This document shows positions 49,118 to 59,938 of a stretch of 64,000 bases of DNA, in pieces (within the stretch, counting starts at the first letter, position 1; each line of letters begins with the position of its first letter). The translations under genes were made by a program, and so were the position numbers. The DNA lies in NCBI RefSeq assembly GCF_001194135.2, contig NC_068981.1, forward strand, positions 21,608,792 to 21,672,791. The letters are read 5' to 3'. A model generated the notes under the pieces. It worked only from the letters and a program-made list of their open reading frames with translations, searched no databases and was not told where the DNA came from. Source of the stretch: Octopus bimaculoides. Its lineage: Eukaryota.

Positions 49118-49279
49118 CTCTGAGTGGTTGGCGTTAGGAAGGGCATCCAGCTGTAGAAACTCTGCCAAATTAGATTGGAGCCTGGTGTTGCCATCCGGTT
49201 TCACCAGTCCTCAGTCAAATCGTCCAACCCATGCTAGCATGGAAAGCGGACGTTAAACGATGATGATGATGATGATGAT
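49118..49279 (+). mobile_element. RTE-type 3' tail copy, inverted relative to 48622-49080
   Basis: ctctgagtggttggcgttaggaagggc...ggacgttaaacgatgatgat. Confidence 0.9.
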
Positions 49280-50226
49280 ATATATTGGTGGTTTGCTGTG
49301 CTTTAGAAGACACATCAAACTAAGTTAAATCGTGGTTGTCTTTGCATACAGGCATGTCCCCTGCATTCCTAATATTGAGGGCTTGTGGGTGCTGGTGCCA
49401 CATAAAAAGCACCTGTACTGGTGCCATGTAAAAGCATCTGTGCTAGTGCTGCGTAAATGCAGCCAGTACACTTTGTAAAGTGATTAGCATTAGGAAGGGC
49501 ATCCAACTGTAGAAATCATGTCAAAACAGACATGGAGCCCAGGCATCTCTTCAGCTGGCCAACTCCTGTGAAATTGTCCAACCCATGCCAGCATGGAAAG
49601 CAGACATTAAATGAGGATGATATATATGTTTTGATGTCTCAAGGACAGCCTTTGTCTTGATCTTTCCAAAAAGGATTTTCAACCCAATATTTACATGCTA
49701 TTATAATTTTATATGTACTCTAAGAATTAATTCCAAGAAAGAATTATGTATATTGGTCAAGCTTTACACACATCTGCAGACATACGCTATGCTGTTCAGA
49801 AAGCAAAATGAAAAAAAGAATTTGTTCTTTTCTGTTTGTGAAAGGGAGATCTTGTGTTTGTACCTGATGGCATGGAAGAACGTAGAAGCACATGCATCCT
49901 ACTGTCCAATAACATCATTCACAGTTTGTCTTGCGCTTTAGCATATTGTCTTCAACGAGAATTCTCTCCCAAGACTATTTGCACAGCAGAAGGTCTTCCC
50001 ACATCTGGGTGTACTTCACTGTTTTTAGATATGGCTTTACTCAGTGTGATTTGAAAGGTATTTTGCTGCTATTTCTGGTAGTTTGAGAATCTATATAGAA
50101 GCGCCCTCATTAGCTCAATATCTTTTTCATTTAGAACTGTATGAAAATAATGATTTCATTTAAAATGTTTATTGTTTCACTCTAATATTAAGTGTATTTT
50201 AAAATTTGCATCTATCCCTTCACTAG

Positions 50227-50340
50227 GAATGCAAAAAATTCAAAAGCTGTTGCACAAAAGGTATCCATGCCCATCATCCAAGAAACTGTCTATATTACCT
50301 GCGAGACAACCACATTCAAGAGCTTCAGAAATTACTTCAG
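50227..50340 (+). CDS. RNF31: HOIP-like exon 18, RING2 zinc insertion / LDD start
   Basis: [38 protein letters not shown] (human LHGHHPRDCLFYLRDW..RLQKLLQ). Confidence 0.97.
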
Positions 50341-50583
50341 GTAAGTTTGAAATGTAACTGTTTAATATTATATATCCATCTATGATGATGGTGGTGGTGG
50401 TGGCAGCGATGATGATGATCCTTTTTACTTTAGATACAAGGCCCAAAATTTTCGGGAGGGGGAGTCAATTATATTGACCCCCAATGCTCGACTGGTACTT
50501 AGTTTACCGACTCTTGAAAAGACGAAAGGCAAAGTTGTCCTTGGCGGAATAAAATTGAAAGAAGAAATACTCATAATAACAAC

Positions 50584-50946
50584 AACAAGAGCACTTGAAG
50601 AGTGCAAACTTCCGGCAAGGCAACACCAACGTCCTCTCAACGATTAGCCAGAGATGATTTTTAAAATGAGACTATCTGAAACAAACTCGACTGCTCTCAC
50701 AAACAAGAATACTAAAAATGAACCCAACTACTCTAAAAAATTAAGTAATGGGAAAAAAATCCAGAATCCTTGTCTGGTACCGGATCAATCCCAAAATCTA
50801 ATCAGTTTGTGCCAGTCACAAGGCCAAACATCCCTGAAAGTTTCACCCGAATCCATCCAGTGGTTCTTGAGATATCTTGTCCATGGACAAACAAACAAAC
50901 ACAACTGAAAACAATACTTCCGTCTTCGCTAAGGTGGAGCTAATAA
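50584..50946 (+). mobile_element. Helentron/Helitron-associated non-autonomous element
   Basis: 5' cttccggcaagg, internal ggacaaacaaacaaac, and 3' hairpin tccgtctt-cgct-aaggtgga followed by gctaataa. Confidence 0.5.
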
Positions 50947-51781
50947 ATGTCTTGATGCAGTACCAGGCACTGGCTCTCATGGCTTCTGATCTTAACTGAT
51001 TGGGAGTTTTATTGTGTACATGTTTTGTTTTGGTATAAAATGAAGGACTGCAACAAATATTCTGCTGAATATCACAGATTTGTTTATCAGTTGCATGACC
51101 TCAATCAGTTGAGCATTCCCATTAGTGGCTGACAATATGTGCATCTCTCATCAAGAGCAGGAGTACTGGGGAAGCATCATAACCATGTGTTGAGAGGAAT
51201 TCTTGGGGTCTGAATAATTCACCTCTGGGAACATGGGTGTTTTGTTCATCATCCTTCAACAATCCTCATTCAGGGACCTTTTGAGCATGGTGAGCTACTC
51301 AACCTGAAGAAAATTCTAACTGGATCCCACCTGCAAGGTCATGCATTGTTTATCTTGATATAAAGGTTACCATATTACACATATACGTTATGTTAACTGA
51401 AGCAACTATGGAATAGAAACATTAAGAAAAATTGTTTTAATTTCTCCAAGCTTCTCTCTTACCTAACATCTAGTTGTTAGGTGTTGCTTGTGCAGGAATG
51501 CATAGGGCTTCAGGTTTCCAACTAGCAATAACCACATCTCGGATAACCCTCATTGGCTATGGTACCGCCTTATCATAGCATTAATTTATTTTAAACTTAA
51601 GCAGGAATGATGCGAAAAATATTTGCAATTAAAATGTGAGAAATGCATGAAATCCGTTTACTTTTCACTTCCCTTTGCACAATCATAGCTGTCTGTGTTT
51701 GGATTAGAAATTGGAAACCCTTTACATAGGAAAGCAACTGCCATGAAAATTATCTTGTATTTTTTAAAAACTATTTTGCAG

Positions 51782-51924
51782 ATGAGTCATGTAAATTTTG
51801 ACACAGAATCTAAAGAACAAGTCGATGTGTGTCCTGTGATTGAACAGAAAGAAATCTCGTCTGATACTTTCAAAGATGCCAAATGTGGTAAATGTGTTTC
51901 ACCGAATAACGCTGGTTTTTGCAC
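51782..51924 (+). CDS. RNF31: HOIP-like exon 19, LDD zinc finger
   Basis: FDTESKEQVDVCPVIEQKEI...KCGK...AGFC (human CRVIEQKEV...CGK...AGLC). Phase-2 end, gtaagt. Confidence 0.96.
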
Positions 51925-52804
51925 GTAAGTTCAAAGATTTTTTATCTTGTATTCTGTAAGATGAGATACATATATGAACTTGTTGGTAATCAAATATCAA
52001 GAAAGAATATGGGATAATTTGAGATGTATCTCTATTCAGCCTCTACCAGCATAGAACATGCTTTGATACTTGTAGGGATTATACATGTGTAGGCCTGGCT
52101 GTATGGTTAAAATCTTTGCTTCACAATCATCTGGCTTTGTGTTATGTTTCACTGTGTAGAAACTTGAGCAAGTGTCTTTTACTATAATCCCTAACTGACC
52201 AAAACCTTGTGAGTGGGTTTCATTGATAGAAACTGAAAGAAACTGGTTATACACATCTGTTTATTATGTACATTATTTACATACTGTGGTTGGCCTAGGG
52301 CTATATATATATATATATATATATTAACCAACTAATTTGCTAGTTGCAGAACCAGTGACTGTCTAACACTTTTTTTTCTATATGTATATATATTGTAAGC
52401 TGGGTTAGACTACTGCATTGTCTAGCTGTCGAGTATCCATCACTGAAGATGATCTAATAAGATTGAAATGATGTGATATGATGGTCTCTGAGCTAGGAGA
52501 GGAGGGAGTTCTCTCCCCACATGCAATACATATCAAGTGCAAAGTGCACTGAATAGCCAGCTGAAGGAAGCGTCCTCTTGAGGTTAAAATAACAGTATTG
52601 TCTGTCCTTAAAGAACATCCATGTTTGAGTGGTGATAAACGTTACTTTTATATATATATCATCATTATTTAGTATTCATGTTTCATGCAAGCAGTTGAAT
52701 CCACATATACATGGAATATGAACATTTTTGGATGCTGTAAATGTTATTTACATGTTATATTTTAATGTCTCTATGTACTTTATCAAATAACTTATGTGTT
52801 GTAG

Positions 52805-52970
52805 GGACCATTACAAGGAATATTTAATAACGTTGATCAATGAAAACAAAGTCGACCCTATTGAGTTGTTCACAAAACAGAACATTATACAAGTTCTTTC
52901 TCGCTATGACAAAACTGCCCCAGACCAAGGCAATCAGTCAGAAAGTGAATATATCAACACTCTCAAAAAG
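52805..52970 (+). CDS. RNF31: HOIP-like exon 20, LDD
   Basis: DHYKEYLITLINENKVDPIELF (human AHYKEYLVSLINAHSLDPATLY). aag|gtaacc. Confidence 0.96.
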
Positions 52971-53407
52971 GTAACCTGCTATTTTTCTCTCTCAACTGCT
53001 TTACTCACTTTTACTTTTGCTTTTAGATGATATGCAAAAGGAAAATTTAAAGAAATAAACCTTTCTAATTTTGGCACAAGGCGAGCAATTTTGATGGGAA
53101 GGGGAAACCGATTACATTGTTCCTAGTACTCGTCATCATTGATTAATGTTCGTTTTCCATGCTGGCATGGGTTTGGTGCTTATTTTATTGACCCTAAAAG
53201 GATTAAAGGCAAAGTTGATTTCTGTGGCATTTGAACTAGGAATATAAAGAGCCATAAGAAATGCAACGAAGCATTTTTCCTTGATGCTCTAACAATTCTG
53301 CTGGTTCACTTGTCTTTGTTTAAATAAAATCATGGCTCTTCATCTTCTCAATGGATTCAGTTGTCTTTGTGTTCAACATTTGATCACTCTCTTCTTCTGG
53401 CAACGAT

Positions 53408-53445
<38 letters not shown>

Positions 53446-53556
53446 CACACACACACACATATATATATACACACACACACACACATATATACACACACAC
53501 ACATATGTATTTTATATGCATTATATATAACAAAGAATATTTATTTCTATTTTCAG

Positions 53557-53589
53557 TTGCTGCAGCAAGTTGAACCAATTTTGAAATGA
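53557..53589 (+). CDS. RNF31: HOIP-like terminal exon 21 (LLQQVEPILK*)
   Basis: ttctattttcag, phase 0, TGA at 53587-53589. Confidence 0.8.
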   Translation: MLQQVEPILK

Positions 53590-54000
53590 AAGCCTGACTG
53601 ATAGTTTTATTTTTGTTAACATGAGATATATTTTGTTAATTTATTTAATTTTTTTTTTTGATTTGTTAACATTCTGAGTCGTAGGAAATGGTACTCTTGG
53701 CAGAGCAGCATTTAATTACAAGAATTGCATAAGTTTTTAATCTTCATCAAGTTAAAAATGGACAAGCGAATGTATAGTGTACAGATTGGATTGGAGTCTA
53801 TGGATTAGTCATGTATATAGAGAAAGCATGGTTGAATGGTAATGTAGACCACTTTGTAGCCATTGGTCCTAAGTTCAATCTCACCATGTGGCACTTTGAC
53901 CATGTGTCTTCTGTCCTAGCCTTTCAACTTTATGAGTGGAATTTAATTAGTTTCTGTCTGCCAAATTTCACTCATAAAACTGAAAGCTATGGTAAAAGAC

Positions 54001-54300
54001 ACACATACGTGTGTATGTATTTATCTGTGTGTGTGTGTGTGTTTGTGTATATGTGCGCATGTTTGTGTGTATATGTGCGCATGTTTGTGTGTGTATGTGT
54101 GCATGTGTATATGCACGTGTGTATATATGTGTACATGTGTGTTTATGTGTGCATGTGTGTATACATGTGTGCATGTGCGTTTATTTATGTGTGCGTGTAT
54201 GTGTGTGTATATGTATGTGCGTGTGCATGTATGTTTGTATATATTTGTGTGTGTGTGTGTATATGAGTGCATGTATTTATATGTGTGTGTATATATAATA
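54001..54300. repeat. Compound purine-pyrimidine alternating microsatellite
   Basis: Mixed GT/AT/GC dinucleotides for about 300 bp. Confidence 0.9.
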
Positions 54301-54575
54301 TGCATTTTTCTGGCTATAATAGTCTAGTACCTTTTAATCTGAAAAAATTACTAGAGAGTACTTGAAATCCCCATGGTTGGCAGTTTAGCTCACAGATGGC
54401 ATTGTGTGTATTTTGTGTTCACATGCACTATTTACACTGCACTTGTTAGTGGTGATACCAAAATTTTGAGAGCTCCTCTGCTTATTTAGCTTAATGTTAT
54501 CTTTATTTTTGACTTGTGTAGTAAGAGAGCTGATAGCATCATTGGCAATGTCAAACATAAACACCAATCAATATC

Positions 54576-54581
54576 AATAAA
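54576..54581 (+). promoter_or_regulatory. Candidate polyadenylation signal
   Basis: First AATAAA I could find downstream of the stop codon. Confidence 0.3.
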
Positions 54582-55330
54582 GTAAAACTAATGAAAATAA
54601 TGAACTGGGATGTCTCAGTACATAAGTTGTGTGATATCTATGGTAGTTGGATGAAGGATTCAGTGCAATCCACAGATCTGGTTTTCCAGTTATACAAAAT
54701 TTAAACTGAGCTGAAGATATAGTGCAATGTGACACTCTAGATGTGTTGCACTTTCTCCACTTACCAGCCTATTTCTGTATACTTGCAGATTCTTGTGGTG
54801 GTCACAGTAGATATGAAACAGTGTGGACTCTGTTGGTATTCAAACAAATGCTGACAGCCGTAATGTCGACAAATATCATTCATTGTAATTTTTCTCAACC
54901 GCCAAGTGGAATTGCTATTACTTGGAACAACATAGCATTCAGATTTTCTTACAATTTACCTAGTTTTTGTTTATAATAAAATATGCTTTTGTTTTGAGTT
55001 TTTTCATTAAAAATTTATAATAAATTGCAAACATAAATCTTTCAACATTTTCTTTTTAATTAACTTCTTTTAATAAGTGGTAAAAAAATTTTAAAAACAA
55101 TGCTAACAAAGCTTGAATAAATAACTAGCACACTGTTCTAGATAATACAGTCTGATAGAATTTTAATTGGTGTAAGCTTACACAGTGGGTTTCTAAAGTG
55201 TCCATATGATCAATAAATATATTTATAGCAAATATACCTCATATAATTACAAATCTTGAAAACTGCACCAAACAACTAGCACTAAAAGCAAGAATACTGT
55301 GTTAGTCAACCAATTAAATGAACAGAATAC

Positions 55331-55537
55331 TTAACCCTTTAGCACTTAAACCAGCCATATCTGACCCAAATATTCAAATTGGCCAAATCTGACCTCTCAC
55401 AGCTATTCTGCATTGTCATACTAAAAGATAAACAATCAATCAGAATTTCAAAGTTAATAGATAATGCATGATTAATTCAAATGGACATGAATAAATAAGC
55501 ATTACGTTTGACAGAAATCTGAGTGCTAAGGAATTAA
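55331..55537 (+). mobile_element. piggyBac-type MITE
   Basis: ttaaccctttagca...tgctaaggaattaa. Confidence 0.6.
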
Positions 55538-55574
55538 TACTAATGAATTATAGGTCTTGTGTTTAGATTTCACA

Positions 55575-57450
55575 ACAGAAAATCAGTTTTGGCATCAAAT
55601 TTTCTTCTATATGTCTCTACTGGTAATCCAGTAACTGTACCATTTGACTATACTTAATTCACATCCAGATGAAAAGTAATTCTTAATATGCATCAGATCA
55701 TTTTAAGAGAGATACCTCATGTCTGTTCCTTGATTAGCTGATTTTAATTGAAATCATACGAGTGAATTCAGAATCAGTTCTAGAGATTTGAAATGTCCCA
55801 TGAGTGCCAATAACAGTTAAGGTCTTCAAAAATCAACATTTCTAAGCAAATGAATAGTATGATATGTCAGTAAATGAATTAATCAAATCATTTTTAACTT
55901 TCTCGGATACGATTAATTTTAAATCCAAATACTGTTGGATTACTTTTGCAGCCATATTTTCTGTTTTTAAAGTAGCAGACTAGTTTTGTATTATGTTTTT
56001 CCCACTCTCTACTGCAGATTCAAAATATTTTGCATTTGTATTGAATCTAAAAACTCCCATTCTTTTAACTCATCTAGAAAGCTCTCATCTAAATGAAGGC
56101 ATCACATATTTCCAATGAATGCAATTTAGAAATCTACATCTGAATGAGCCGAGAAGCTCTTTTACTTTTTCAGTCAAGTGAACAGTATCATAAAGATATT
56201 GCAATCATGATTTATTCATTCTTACCATTTTTGGCATTCTACTGTGTTTTTACTCTGTTCAAACAAGATTTCTGTAGGTATTTGCAGAATGTTGTCAAAT
56301 CATATAAAACTTTATCAAGAACACTTATTGCAATTCTTTGCTATGTCAGAATCTTGAGATTCATTTGCTCTTCATTGTAATATTAATTCATTGTAATTTT
56401 TTCACTAGAGCAGCTACAGCAAGAATTCCTTGAAAGCCTTCCTACTTCATTTAGAGGTCTAAATGATAATGTATCACACTCTGCAGTGCTAGTTAATTCT
56501 GCGAGTTTTCCTTTTACAATTGATGATCTATTAAGTATTGTATATACTTTGGCAACACATTCGTAGTAGTTTCTTCCTTGCATCATCCAACCCCAAGTTT
56601 TCACTGTGAATAACAACACTGTTGTTATGATAGATGATTTCCTTTATCATTTTAGAACAGCTGTGATCCCATTATTTTTTCCTTGCATAATTTGCACTCC
56701 ATCCGATTTAAACATCACCATCCTTTGAAGCTCAAGATTGCCGTGAATGTAAAGATTCTTTATTGCTACCATGATGCTGACACTGTTAGCTTCAAAATAC
56801 CAGCAAATGTAGTCATATGAAAAATTTCATTTTGCAAACAGCATTTAACATACAATAATAACATTCTTTGGATGGAGCTATTAGTACTTTTGTCAACAAA
56901 AACTTGTATGGAAAGCGGATTTCTTCAACTCATCTATTTTCTATCTTTGAAAAATAACATTGATGCATTTGACAGATTCAAGAGCATATTCTTTGTCCTA
57001 CCAACCTTCAGGAATGTTTACATATTTGGCTAGTGTGAATTAATGTGTTGAATAGAATGTATTGAAGTGTAAATTTTAACTGGTGGAATAACATTATCTA
57101 CTAAATCTTTAACCATATCAGCAGTAAACCTTTACCAGACAGGCCTCCTGGTTTCCTTTAAATTTTTGCTTATGGTGTTTCTTGTTAGCATTCCCAAAAT
57201 ATTACCTTTCTTTAGGTTTCCTAATTTAGTGAGGGTGTCCAAACAAATGCATTCTTAAGATGTCATTTTCAAATCCAACTCCAATTTTTCTGTAGTAAAT
57301 TTTCTTCAAATTTTTGCTTTGGTGCAAATGGTACAGATAACATCACCTGCATCTTGGTTCATGCAAACATCTGCTATTGTTACTTTCTGTTTTTAGTGCA
57401 AAGATAGTAATTTGTTTTCTACAAGATGTGAAAGTCATTTTTGCTTATAA
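55575..57450 (-). mobile_element. Decayed ZNF862-like hAT transposase
   Basis: ICTICTKAK, VDKSTNSSI, MVMFKSDG..IMQGKNNG, KGKLAELTSTAECDTLSFRPLNEVGRLSR, and a hATC-like GTFQIS...SRNR. Confidence 0.8.
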
Positions 57451-59009
57451 TTGGAGCAAGTTTTCTGTATTTTTTTTTTATTTTGATGTTTCTTCATAGT
57501 TTCTTTTGATATTGTGACAGCATTTTTATCTTTATAGCCATGCATTAAAAAACAGAAATCTGTCAAAAATATACTTGCACCATTGTCTATTGTTATTTTG
57601 ATAGCTTCCCTAGAAATAGCTATTGAATGAAGCTGCAATGCAAGTGACAATATGATTTGTGGGGAATCCTGTTCTCAATTTTGAGAAGTAACAGAAATGT
57701 ATATTGTGAGGAAGAAGAAGGATCTAACATTTTTGACACTTGTTCTTCTCTAGAGAGAAAGATTACATTAGTGAATCAGTTAGGATGCCAAAATGTGGAA
57801 TTGAGAAAATGAAGGAAATGGGAAAGGTATGTCAAAAGGTGGATATAGAAAGAGAAAGCAATTGTTTTGGGTTAACCAAGTGTTTATGGCATAAAATCCA
57901 GTATTTGGAGTTAACATGTTGGAATTTCAATCCAGTACATGCTTTCTTTATCAAGCAGCTGTGAGTTTCTAGCACTTGTTCCTCCCTGTATGCTGTGTGT
58001 ATAATGAACTTGTGGATTCCTACAAGAAACATACAAACTATGCAAGTCTTGGGAATATTTTCAAAGTGCCCAGTCTTTGAAACTAGACTACTGTATGTTT
58101 ACAACTAACTTAAATTAAATTTACTCAGAACAACCAATTCTCTGGAGGGTTGGTATCAAGCTTTCAAGAGTTTTGATAATCCTCTCAACCGAGCCTTAAA
58201 AACATTAAGAAAATCCAGCTAGAGCAAACTAACACTGAATTTTCAAATAAATATCTCTTGGGGTTAATGCAATGTGAACAAGTAAAAAATATATCAATGT
58301 TAATGATTATACTAAAAAGTTACTCTCAACCAACAGCATATTTTCCTAAATGTCATTGGCTCAGACTTTATAGTTTAGTAATTTTAATTTTAAGACTAGT
58401 TGTTTTTGACAACTTTCAGCTTTTTAATATATTATTAAGTTTTGTAAATATTGTATTATTAAATTATTAATTTTTTTTTTTATTAAATACAAATTTCTGG
58501 CAACTTCCTTCCATGTAATAGTGGAAGAAAGTTGCCAATTTCAGTTTTAAAATAAATTATTTTTTTAAAATTAGTTTTTCTTAATAAAATCTTGGTATTT
58601 TGAATATCAACAATTTGACTGGAGTTTTGTCTTGTGAGTATTTTGATTGTTGACATTTTGGTAAGAGCACAACTGTTAAGTTCATTTGCATTGTTAGCAG
58701 TGTGCTTCCTAGCACTTTGTTCAAGGCTATTGAAGCTAGATTGAGTGGAAGAGATAGAGATTTGTTTGAATGCTCTTTTGCACCTCTGTGTTTGGAAGTG
58801 ATTCACCTTGTAGTGGCAATAACTTTGAAGGTTAAAGATCGCTGTGGAAACAAACTGTGCCCTCTCACATGTTCGAGTTGTCTTTCATTTTTAGTATTTT
58901 TGTCTCTTTGTGTATGCAGTCCATATATAAGCTGTGATGATGAGTAGTGTTCTGCTCATGTACTTTGTAGTTTATTGTACTTTATTGTGAAAAGGCATGA
59001 CTGTGTCTT

Positions 59010-59390
59010 TAAGAAGCTTGTTTCCCAATTATGTGGTCTTGGGGTCAGTCCTACTGCTCAGTATCTTGGGCAAGGGTCTTCTACTATAGCTCCATGTCGT
59101 CCAAAACCTTGTGAGTGGATTTCATAAGCAAAAACTGAAAGAAACCTGTCGTATATATGTGTGTGTTCCCTTGTCTAGACATCACCTGATGGTTGTAAAT
59201 GAGCATCAAGCAAGGTTGTTTGTTTCTAGTCTTCCATGAAAAACATGTCTAGCTTTGAGGGAATATTACTTTGATTGGAAACAGGTGAAGGTTGATAGCA
59301 AGAAGAGCACCATGCTGTAGAAAATCTCTCAACAAATACTGTGATCCATGCAAGCATAGAAAAAGGGAATGTTAAATGATGATTTAATAA
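59010..59390 (+). mobile_element. Near full-length CORE-like SINE ending in an RTE-like tail
   Basis: atcttgggcaagg...accttgtgagtggattt... ending catgcaagcatag...gttaaatgatgat. Confidence 0.65.
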
Positions 59391-59556
59391 GATGATAGTG
59401 ATAAGGTTTGTAGGTTGGCATAATCTCTGATGGATCTAATGTAGTGTTTATACACCAGTTTTTTTTTTTTTCTGCTGGCAAAATATAGTTCCTGTGTTTG
59501 TTCTGATTTTCTTTTCTTTACCATATCTATGTTGTGATGGTATTGTATGTAATATC

Positions 59557-59938
59557 GTGGAGGTGCAATGGTCCAGTGGTTAGGGCAGCAGACTCACAGT
59601 CTTAGGATTGCGGTTTCAATTCCCAGACCGGGCGTTGTGAGTGTTTAATTGAGCGAAAATATCTAAAGCTCCACGAGGCTCCGGCAGAGGAGTGGTGGGG
59701 AACCCTGCTGTACTCTTTCACCACAACTTTCTCTCACTCTTTCTTCCTGCTTCTGTTGTACCTGTATTTCAAAGAGCCAGCCTTGTCACTCTGTGTCACG
59801 CTGAATCTCCCCGAGAACTACATTAAGGGTACATGTGTCTGTGGAGTGCTCAGCCACTTGCACGTAATTTCACGAGCAGGCTATTCTGTTGATTGGATCA
59901 ACTGGAACCCTCGTCGTCGTAACTGACGGAGTGTCACC
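59557..59938 (+). mobile_element. Full-length tRNA-derived SINE with 10-bp TSD
   Basis: Same family as 24796-25175. TSD atgtaatatc at 59547-59556 and 59939-59948. Confidence 0.92.

Noticed and set aside
37438-49256. Recurrent ORFs such as MAEFLQLDALPNANHSESVVGAF and MLLRATGTKASQ suggesting a small gene family
   Set aside because: They are incidental frames in the repeated RTE 3' UTR, with variable starts, frameshifts and no splice or codon support.
52437-52480. Second hammerhead-like motif (ctgaaga...gaaa)
   Set aside because: Stem II is plausible, but the cleavage triplet is not NUH and stem III is degenerate. At most a decayed Penelope end.
53811-54327. Cys/Val- and His/Thr-rich ORFs (also 26122-26431, 53332-53578, 4457-4801)
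   Set aside because: These are translations of dinucleotide microsatellites.
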